A stretch of 61,859 bases of DNA, counting the filler, from Chiloscyllium plagiosum (Eukaryota): assembly GCF_004010195.1 (NCBI RefSeq). It is 3 parts of one record of this genome, joined end to end, with 100 filler letters (N's around TTAATTAATTAA, not from the genome) between each part and the next. Parts side by side here need not be neighbours in the genome. Positions count along the whole stretch, not along the records: positions 30,825 to 61,859 come from NC_057717.1; 2 more parts are not named here. The stretch is one strand, 5' to 3'. Under the pieces are notes generated by a model. The model was not told the origin of the DNA, did no database searches, and saw only the letters and a program-made list of their open reading frames with translations. Shown one piece after another: positions 51,693 through 61,859 of this stretch (positions are counted from its first letter, which is position 1; each line of letters begins with the position of its first letter). The position numbers and the translations under genes are program-made.

Positions 51693-52148
51693 TTTCCAGA
51701 GTTTTTCCACAAGGTATTACAAAATAAAAGTTCTTACACAAGACAGAAGCCCGTAGGATGATGGATAATGAATTAACATGGGATGATGATTGCTTAACAT
51801 ATAGAAATCGGAGAGTCAGGATTAATGGATCTTCATGATAAAGGTATATCTGCCGGAGGAGCACAGCTATCAGTCCGATGGCATCAGGTATTTACACTCT
51901 ATACTGATAGTCTGAAGGAGGGAGCTGAGTGCAATATACATCCGAGGCTGTGGATGACACTGAGAATCAAAAGGCAGGCTGTTATTTAATGGAGAGGACT
52001 TCCAGAAAAAGAACAGTAAAAAGGGATTGGAGTGTTCCTGTGTACGAAACATAAAGTCAGCATGCTGGTGCAGCAAGGTTGGTTCATTAGCCGGCTTCCA
52101 GGGATGAAAGGGTTGTGTTATTGAGAATCTTAAAATGGTGAGGCGATT

Positions 52149-52648
52149 NNNNNNNNNNNNNNNNNNNNNNNNNNNNNNNNNNNNNNNNNNNNNNNNNNNN
52201 NNNNNNNNNNNNNNNNNNNNNNNNNNNNNNNNNNNNNNNNNNNNNNNNNNNNNNNNNNNNNNNNNNNNNNNNNNNNNNNNNNNNNNNNNNNNNNNNNNNN
52301 NNNNNNNNNNNNNNNNNNNNNNNNNNNNNNNNNNNNNNNNNNNNNNNNNNNNNNNNNNNNNNNNNNNNNNNNNNNNNNNNNNNNNNNNNNNNNNNNNNNN
52401 NNNNNNNNNNNNNNNNNNNNNNNNNNNNNNNNNNNNNNNNNNNNNNNNNNNNNNNNNNNNNNNNNNNNNNNNNNNNNNNNNNNNNNNNNNNNNNNNNNNN
52501 NNNNNNNNNNNNNNNNNNNNNNNNNNNNNNNNNNNNNNNNNNNNNNNNNNNNNNNNNNNNNNNNNNNNNNNNNNNNNNNNNNNNNNNNNNNNNNNNNNNN
52601 NNNNNNNNNNNNNNNNNNNNNNNNNNNNNNNNNNNNNNNNNNNNNNNN
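52149..52648. other. Assembly gap (500 N)
   Basis: N run. Confidence 0.99.
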
Positions 52649-55600
52649 GAAAGACCCCAGCCAGTGGGGAGGGGACACCTGATTCCTATTAAGCTCAATT
52701 AAGATGGCGCTTCCGATGACATTCTCAGTCAAATACTGCCTTGATGTCAAGGCTATTCACTCTTTGCTGAGCCCCTGTGTTCCCCTCTTGTTCATATCAA
52801 TAGGTGACAGTGTCTGTGTAGTTCCTCACACAGAGGGTAGTGAATGTTTCTCTCACAGAGGGTAGTGAATGTCAGGAATTATCTTGTCTCGAGAGCTAGG
52901 GGAGCTACATCACTGAAAGTATTTAAAAAGGTCGTAGATGGATTTTTCATCTTCCAGAGAGCTGAGAGGGTGTGAAGAATTGGACATTAAAGATGAGCTA
53001 ATACGGACAGTAGATCGGTCATGATCGTATACAATGGCTTGATTATCCGAACGACCTGATCCTGTTCCTTATTTTCTCATATTCTGTAATTACAAAGTTA
53101 ATGGTTGTAATTTTCCTGCACATTCTGTTATTGAACGTTCCATACAGAGAGAGCAAAGTACTTTATGAGTCATCACTTAGTGAGGTTTGGGGGCTGAATT
53201 CACAGTGAATCTGGGTCTATATCATGACCAACAAATGAAGCACAAGTTGCAGAGAGGAGACACTCTATAAAGAGACCAGAGTTGTCTTTCGAACCCAGCC
53301 TGTGTTTTGAAGTAACATTTTCCATCTCACACCAAATTATGTGTAACAGCCTGGAAGGAATGAATGAGATCCTGTGTTACTGTGTCTCAGGTATTTGGAG
53401 CAAGATGCCCCCGTCAGCACCAGTGCAGGATGTTTGAGGGGCTGAATTGAACATAGGAACATAGGACTGAGGAGCAGGAGTGGGTGATTAGACACATTGT
53501 CACTGCTCCTAAAGGCACTAAGATCGTAGCTGCTCTGATTGTGGTTTCAGCAGCACTTTTCTGTCTGCATACAATTTTCCTACATGCACTTGTCTGTCAA
53601 ATGTTTGAATACAGCACAACGTTGAACAAATGCAAACATCCAGGCACCACAAACGTTTGGTAAAGGGAATTCCCACTTGAACAGTCCAATAAGAATTTCT
53701 CATTCGTGTTCTGACAAATGTTAGAGGGTCACTGTGTCCTTTTCCAGTCCCACTCCTCCACCGGCTGCAATAAATTTTAAATTTAGCCAGTTTAGTGTTA
53801 TGACCAATTGTATAGGACTCAGACTGGATCATGTTTGAGAAAAACGTGAGATACAGGAAGTTGAACTCACAACAAATGGTAAACGATAGAGTGTCCCAAA
53901 TGTTCTTCTGCCTTTGAAATTATTCTGCTCACACAAGCTGTTGGTAATGGGATTTATTAGTTGAACAGTTGGATTTGGCTGAACACTCTTTGCTTCCAGG
54001 AGTGGAGAGATTCCAATGAGTCCTCACTAGGAATCCTTCACATGTGGTGAAGATAAATCAGGGATTTTATGGTCTCACATTTTGCTATCCGGTGGACAAA
54101 GTAAGAGAGAGAGATCAATCAGCTGCTGCTTCTCAGGCAGGGAACATTTTTCTCCCTCTCTGTGTTGAACCATACAATAATGTCAACTGAATATCTAACT
54201 GGGCCATGTGTGCTTTCCTGGAGCATTCTCTGGATCGGATGATAATGGATGCTTTGAAGGTGCATCATCGCTGTTGTTGTACACAGTGCCTTTCATTAGA
54301 AAAAAAAGTCCTTGATTTATCATCTGATGACATGTTTATATGTGCCTGTGTAATTTGTAAATATCGGTCGATGTCTATATAATATGTGTTGATATCAATT
54401 CTTAAAATTGTTCTCTAGCTTTAAACTCCTTAACAAGATCAAACATGCATCCAGCTGAAACACCTTTCAGGAAGTCAAGTATGTTTCAAGAAGATTTCTC
54501 ATCTCAGATCAAAACTTATAATCACCCATAACAAAAGGCCTTCCTTCCAGGAATGTGTGAAGGAAAACATCTATGAAAATATTCTGAAAGAATTATTATT
54601 TTTATGTTTAGGCGATCAAAACTGCACACAGTGTATCCGATGTGGTCTCATCAATGCCCCGTTCAGATGCAGTAAAACATTCCTCATTAAACGTGATAAC
54701 CTTTGCCAGAAACAGCATCATTCCACTTACTTTCCAAATCACTTGCTGCATCTGCAGACTGACTTCATATGATTCATTTCCCAGGAACATGGATAGGGCC
54801 TGTAACAGAGAGTTCTGCAACCTCTCTTCATTTCAATTGTTCACCATTGTTTTATCCTTCTTGCCACAGTAGACAACTCACCTTATGTTCTTTCTGCTGA
54901 AGGTTTGCTCCTAACCTTCCCTATCTGTACCACATTGCAGACTCGGTACTTCCACTTGACGACATCTTGAGCGATCATCTTGGCGATGCGCTAATTGAGC
55001 TTCATGCCATTCAGTTCCCTTCCTCCAGATCTTTGATACAGATTATTTGTCATTGATGATCCCACAGTGCCCACAGTGATCTCTAGAGCACTACACTAGT
55101 TAGAGCTTTGCAACCTGAAAATAAACATTTATCTATACTCTCTATGTCCTGTTAGCGACAGCTTCCCCGTTCCTGTGTAGCACCTAAGGTGGGTTGAATG
55201 GTCTCCTCCTGGGCTGTGCAATGTACTCAACGCGCTGAATTACTTTATTCTCTATTCCTGTGTAACTTCTTCGAGGGGCAGAATGGTCTTCTCCCATCTC
55301 ATTGTAACGATCCTGCCTGACTGAAAGGGTGGTCCCCTACCTTGTAACAGCATCGAAGGGTGGATTGAGGGAACAACACATGGGGTAGGGGCAGCAGTAC
55401 ATCTCTGTATAAGCCTCGAGGGATGGATTGAGGGTTCAGCGCATGGGGTAGGGGCAGCAATTGGCCTTTTAACTGCACCATTCAGAATGCTCATAACTCA
55501 TCCTAGTTTGTCTGACCATCAGTCTCCTGTCTGTTCCCAATAAACATTGACTCTCCTGTCCAGCAAAGATCAGTCAAGCTCAGCGTTGAATATCTTCAAT

Positions 55601-56084
55601 AACCGAGTTTTCGCTGCTCCCTGAGGATGAGGACACCACAGATAGCACAACACGAAAGTGAAAGGGACATCCTTATTTCATTGTGGGACACGTTATTTTA
55701 ACCCGTGTTAACCTAACATCACATCACCACCTCTTTTCAGACATAAGGACACAATAATTAGGAATAAAGATAAAGCATTCTGGACTTCAAACCTGTGCCA
55801 CATTCCTGCTGTCCCTTTCCAATCAAATATGTATCAAACCCAGCCTCTGCTGCTGTCTCAGAAAGAGAATAACTGATAGCATTACATCACAAGAACATTA
55901 AATCAAGGAGCAGAATGAGGCTATTCGGCCCCTCGAGTCTAAAATTCCGTTCAATTATTCTTATATGTACCTCAACCTCATTCTTCTGCCTTCTTACTAG
56001 AATCCTTGATCCCTTTACAAATACAAAGCATATCGATTTGCGTCTTAATGACACTAGTGTCTGTTCTCTATGGCTGTGTATCTT

Positions 56085-56410
56085 TGTGTGTGTGCGTCTG
56101 TATACGTGTGTCTGTGTGTGTGTGTGCCTGTGTGTGTGTATGTGTGTGCGTGTCTGTGTGTGTGTATGTGTGTGTATATATACGTGTGTGTCCATATGCT
56201 TGTTATCTGTGTGTTTGTGTGTCTATGTCTGTCTGTCTGTGTATCAGCCTGTGTGTTTCTTAACTGTGTTTGTGTCTATTTCTATGTGACTGTATATGTC
56301 TCTGTGTGTTTATACCCGTGTGTATGCCTATCTCCTTGTAAGTATTGTGCACGTTCGTATATTGGGGTTTTTGCCAATATTTCTGTGTATTTCTGAGTCT
56401 GTGTCTCTGT
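56085..56410. repeat. Imperfect (GT)n microsatellite
   Basis: Visible directly in the sequence. Confidence 0.9.
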
Positions 56411-56458
56411 GCAGGAAGGTATCTGTGTCTTTTTTTTGGAAGTGAAAGGACTGTCGTT

Positions 56459-57100
56459 GGAACTGCCAGTGGGTTTAAAGTGAGAATTGTCTTTCACTGA
56501 ACATTGCTCCTTAATCGGTCGGTGGGACGTGGATGTTTCAGAATCTCCACACGAGGTGTCCCTGTCCTTTCTGGCTCGGATCAGTTTCCTACCCACATGG
56601 TAAGGGGAGGGGGTAAGGGAATGGATATCGGGCACTCCAACACCCGGCTGTGCCTTTCTGTCCTATTCCAGGCTCTTCCTCCTGGAATGGGAGAAAGGGA
56701 GGGTGGGAGGGAGAGTGGGAATGGGTGACCCTACTGTAAGTGTCGGTGTTGTTGGGAGGAATTGTGACGTGCCTGGAATGAGTCAGTTTTGAATCCATAT
56801 AGTATTATTAGTGTGGAGGGCATTGCGTAGGTGACAGAGAAAGTGAGGAAGAAAGTTCCTGAATTCAATAGTGAGAGTGGTCGTGCCTGAGCCTTATTTG
56901 GAGATAGAGCATGAGCCTAGTTCGGGGGTCGGTGCTATAACAGATATACAGTGAGTGTGAGGGAGCATGAGCCTTGTTCGGGGATCGGTGCTGAAACAGG
57001 TGTACAGTGAGTGTGAGCGAGCAGAGAGTATACGGTAACTCTTGTCCTGACAGAGCGGGGAGGATATTGATGCTTATCCTGTATTGCAGGACATTTCTTC
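56459..57100 (-). mobile_element. Inverted paralog of the Harbinger-derived remnant at 42210-42775
   Basis: ctgccagtgggtttaaagtgagaattgtctttcactgaacattgctcctt is the near reverse complement of 42717-42766. Confidence 0.85.
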
Positions 57101-57699
57101 AGATCATCTCAGCGTCGAGGTGAGCCCCACTGAATGTCTTGTCCAGGCCTATCACTCATAATGACAAAGACCAGTCCCTCAGCTTCCACAGAATCAGTTT
57201 AGGTAAAGCTTACAGATAGCAAGGAGAAGCAAATATTGTTGTGTTATGTATCAAAACCAAAACGATAACAGAAAATCTCAGCATCATATGCTCTGGAAAT
57301 TAGATATGCAAGTATTGTGGTTACTGCACTCTTATTGGATGGTCTCAAGTTGCATCTAAACTGCATTAACTAAGTGACTGCTCATGTTGTGAAAAATAAA
57401 TTCCATAAGTGTATATGAAGTGGGTTGAAGAGTATGTTGTGAAGAAAACTAGAGCGCAGGTTATTTTGAATTTGGTATTGTGTGATCAGAATGACGAATT
57501 AATAACCTTGTATTGAAGCAGCTTTTAAGGAATAATGACATTAATATGGTGCATTTGTAGGCGTCTGCGTACAATATAGAATGCTTGAACTTTCTAGTTA
57601 AACATCATGGAAGACTGAAGGTTAGAGGGTCAAGATAGCTCCAGTGAATTTGGAAATTACAATATAACATTCAGTGGGAGGCAAGATATGGTTGTTAGA

Positions 57700-59340
57700 G
57701 TCATAGAGTCCGACAGCACGGAGACACGCCCTTCAGCCCAAACTGGTCCATTCTGACCAAAATGTCAATCCACGCTAACCCCATTTCCCTGTCATTGCCC
57801 CGTAATCTTATAATCTTTTCCTATCCTGTAATTGTCCAAATGCATTTTCAAGGTTGTTAATGTATCCGCGTCAATGACTTCCCCTGGCAGCTCATTTCAT
57901 ATGCGTACCAGCCCCTGTGTGTAAAAAGTTTGTTCCTCAGGTTCCCTTTTATTCTTTCTCCTCTGACTTTAAACTGATACTCTCTAGTTTATGACTGCCC
58001 AAACCTGGGGAAAAAAAGACTGGATACATTCATTCTATCCATGCCTGTCATGATCTTATAGACTTCAATATGATCCTCCCTCAGTCTTACAGACACAAAA
58101 GTAAAAAGTCCTAGCTTGTCCAACCTCTCCCTATAACTCAGTCCATTGAGTCCTTGGCAACACCCTTATACATTTTTTCTGCATTCTTTCCAGTTTAATA
58201 ACATCCTTCTTATAGCAAAGTGAACCAAACTGAACATAACACTACCAATATGCCCTCAGCAGCGTCCTGTATAACTGCAACATAACTCCCTAATTTCGAT
58301 ACTGATTAAGGCCAGTGTGCCAAAAACTTTCTTCACCGCCCTGTCTACCTCTGAATCAATGTCCAGAGTACCATGCACCTGAATTACAAGGTCCCTCTGT
58401 TCCACTACACTCCTTAGGACCCAACTATTCACCATGAAAGTCCAACCTTGATTTGACTTTCTAAAATGCAAGAACTTACACTGATCAATATTAATATCCA
58501 TTTGGCAATTCTCAGCCGACTTCAAAGTACTCCTGTAATTTCTGAAACTTATGATAACTTTCCTCACTCTCCAAGATGCCGCCTATTTCAGTGTCGTCTT
58601 CAAACTTACAAATCCTGCCTGTACATTCTCATGTCATTCTCTAAATCATAGATATATGTTATATGCAGTGGTCCCAGCACCAACCCCTGAGGCATTCCAC
58701 TAGTCATAGGCCTCCAGTCTGACCAGCATTATTCCAGTATAATCCTCTGCTTCCTACCATCAAGCCAATTTTGTACCTAATTTGCCAGCTCCCACTCAAT
58801 TCCATGTGATATAACCTTCCAGAACAGTGGAACATGTGGAACCTTATTGAAGGCCATATAAACTACGTATACCACCCTGTCCTCCTCAACGTTGCTGGTC
58901 ACTTCATTAAAGAACTCCAACAAATTTACGAGTCATGATCTCCCAAGCACAAAGCCGTGCTGAATTTGATGACGGGCGTTTGCCCGAGACATCGATTTTC
59001 CTGCTCCTTGGATGCTGCCTGACCTGCTCTGCTTTTCCAGCACCATTCTAATCATACTCCGAATCACATCCTGTCTTTCCACATGCATTTATATCAATCT
59101 CTCCGAATCTTATCAAGTAACTTACCCACTAGATTTTAGGTTTTCTGGTCTTTCGTTCCCAGGTTTACCTTTGTAGCCTTTCTTGAATAAAGGCACAGCA
59201 TTCGCTACCCTCCAGTCATCTGGAACCTGACTCGTTGGCCAGCGATGATGGAAAAGAACCAACCAGGGCTCCCGCAATTACTTCTCTATCCTCCCGCAGT
59301 GTTCCTGAATATATCTGGTCAGGACCAGGAGGTTTCACAA
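57700..59340 (-). mobile_element. CR1 ORF2 3' half
   Basis: CKFLHFRKSN...VVEQRDLVIQVH motifs and CR1 tail; contains a short degenerate hammerhead insert at ~58965-59050. Confidence 0.85.
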
Positions 59341-60271
59341 ATTCTGAAAAATACGTCTATTTATTTCAGTTACAAACACCAGTAAGTGAGAAAGTGACTC
59401 AGTGATGGTTAACATCATAAATTAGAAAATTTATTAATCATTGGAAGTGACTTCAGAAGAATTCCAGATATTGTGGAAACCTGAGAATTCTCAGAAATTA
59501 ACGTCCAGACAAGGAAGGCCATGAAACTGATAATGAAATCAAAAAGAGAACGTGCCTGCTATCAAACAGGAACACAAAGACTGCATCAATCTACGATCTA
59601 TATTTCAAAGGAAAAAAAAAATAAAAGCAAGGTCAAATGTGGAAATTTATAATCGGGAGATGAGAGGTTATGGTGGAGAACAGGGAAACGGTCAAGAAAA
59701 TAACCAGTTACTTTGCATCTGTCATCATGGAGGAATATCCAGAAAATCACCCAGTGACCATATCAGCCTTCGGGAGCTAAAGGCATAAAGTCAATTCATA
59801 TCAGTAACAAGGTAGTACTTGAACATGTAGCTGGATTGAACATTGCTTAGTCTGACGAAACAGATGTACTGCCTATCAAAATGTCAGAAATAAATCACCA
59901 ATAGTAGTATTAATTACACTGTCGATGACTGCGTTTTGTTTTCATGTACGTTCTGCAGAGGCCGGAAACTATTGTGGATAAACTATAGATGAATGGAAGG
60001 GACCCAAACAGCTACAAATGGAAGAAGACATAGTGTGGAGAACTGCAGACCAATTAATAGACATCTGTAGGGAAACTGTTGGAATCTATTACACAGGATT
60101 ACATTTTTGAAATTTAGAAATTAACAGCAACAACGGAGAGAATCAGCATTTATTTCTGGTAGAGAAATTATACTTGATAAACTTCGGAATTTTTTGAAGT
60201 TGTTTCTTACAGCATAGATAATGGGGAACCAGTAGAAGTTGCAGATATTGGATTTTCGGAAGGGTTTCTAT

Positions 60272-61859
60272 AAGATCTCACTGAGTCTGTAAATGCAATG
60301 CATGTGAAGGGTATTTGGAGGAATATATGTAAGTGCAAAGTTAAGGTTTGGTTTGTCTTCATTTTAGAGATTCAGAACATTGATATCAAGACATGTTGAA
60401 GCAGTTTCACAGCGTGTTGATGGGACTATACCTGGAGTATTGTGCACAGTTTTGGTGACCGAATCTCAGAAAGAATATACTGACCACAGAGGAAGTGCAA
60501 TGAACATTCTCCAGATCATCCCTCAGATGGTGAGATTGCCTGATGAGGAAACTCGGCCTGTGTTCTCTAGAGTTTCAAAGCTGGGTCAGAGTGAAATTTC
60601 GAAAATTCACAAAACATATGACAAGTTGGAAGCGAACAGAACACTTCCCTCGCTGTCTATTCCACATAAAAGGCAAACAATGGCAGGATCTGTGATAGGC
60701 CAGTTTAGTCTGCAACAAGGAGGAAATTCTTCACTTGGACGGGACGAACTAACACAGGGGCATGGAAACCACTGGCAGGCAAGATTAGTGAGAATCTCCA
60801 GATATTCTACAAGAGTGTCCAGCGGAACAGAATAACCAGGGAACATGTAGGACTCATTAGTGACTTGCCAAGTTGCAACCAAATCAACTTTAGTGGTAGG
60901 CGACAGAGGGTGGTGGTAGAAGGATGTTTGTGTGATTGGAGGCCAGTGTCCAATGGTGTACCACGGGGATCAGTGCTGTGTCTCTTAATATTTGTGATTC
61001 AGAGGTGTTGGTGTTGGACTGGGGTGGACAAAGTTAAAAAGTGCATAACACCAGGTTATTCTCCAAAAGGTTAATTCGGTGGCACGAGCTTTCGAAGCGC
61101 TTAATCAAGGTGCACAACCACCTGATGAAGAAGCAGCGCTTCGAAAGTTCGTGCCTCCGAATAAACCTGCTGATGTTTTGTGATTTTAAACTTTATCATA
61201 AACGATGCAGCTGTGAATATGGACGAGGGTGGGGCGAGGTGATAAGTAAGTTTGTGTTTGATACAAGGATTGGCTGGGTAGTTGTCAGTGAGGAGGAAGG
61301 CCTTATGTTACAAGATAATACAGATGGAAGGGTCATATGGTCACATCAATGGCTGATGGAATGTAACCCTGATAAATATGAGGTCTTGCACTTTGGAAGA
61401 AGGAACCAGGCAGGGGAATACTCAATGAATGGCAGCACACTAGGAAGCTCAGAGGATGCTTTGCCACACATCCCTGAATGTGGCTGGACAGGGTAACACA
61501 CAATTTGAGAAAGCGTACGGGAGCGTAAACTTAGCCTTCACACATCGAAGCATAGATTATAAGATCTATGCGAAACTTTTGTTAACCAAGATGGAATACT
61601 GTGTGTAGTTCTGGTAGCTACATTACAAGAAGGATGTTGTTGCACTGGAGGGAGTGCAGAGGAGATTCACCAGGATGTTCCCTGGGATAGAGCATATCAG
61701 CTATGGAGAGAGGCAGGATTATCTCGGGTTATTTAGTTTGGAGCAGAGAAGGCTAAGGGGGACGCGAATCAGGAGATTATATGAGGGACATGGACGCGGT
61801 GGATAGACAGCAGCTGGTCGTTTTAATCAAAGGGACACACTTTTAAAGTGAAGGGTTTG
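60272..61859 (+). repeat. Segmental duplicate of 37149-38250 (runs off the window end)
   Basis: Same alignment as 37149-38250. Confidence 0.92.

Noticed and set aside
8046..55080. CACAGTG heptamers as Ig/TCR recombination signals
   Set aside because: No nonamer at 12/23 spacing and no V/J/C coding segments were seen near the heptamers I checked.
55887..56396. Cys/Val-rich and His/Thr-rich ORFs
   Set aside because: They are translations of the GT microsatellite.

Overview
Repeat-dense vertebrate genomic DNA, almost certainly from a shark or ray. Evidence: HE1-type tRNA-derived SINEs, many CR1 LINEs, Penelope-like elements and a GPR139-like GPCR. It is a draft assembly with five N gaps and two artificial 100-bp joiners (N44-TTAATTAATTAA-N44), so adjacency across them is unverified. 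No intact protein-coding gene was found. Recognisable content: (1) a decayed minus-strand endogenous retrovirus at ~8.8-13.2 kb with candidate LTR/PBS, myristoylation-type gag, CCHC knuckle and protease, followed by an env-like remnant with no visible RT or integrase; (2) two convergent C2H2 zinc-finger pseudogene remnants; (3) a GPR139-like main exon, open except for one in-frame TAG and cut by a gap; (4) a LINE-1 5' half; (5) Harbinger Myb/SANT remnants; (6) several Penelope-associated minimal hammerhead ribozyme motifs, including a 97-bp insertion with a perfect 17-bp target-site duplication; (7) several direct and inverted segmental duplications and a ~32-bp minisatellite. All calls are by eye, and repeat boundaries are approximate unless stated as exact.
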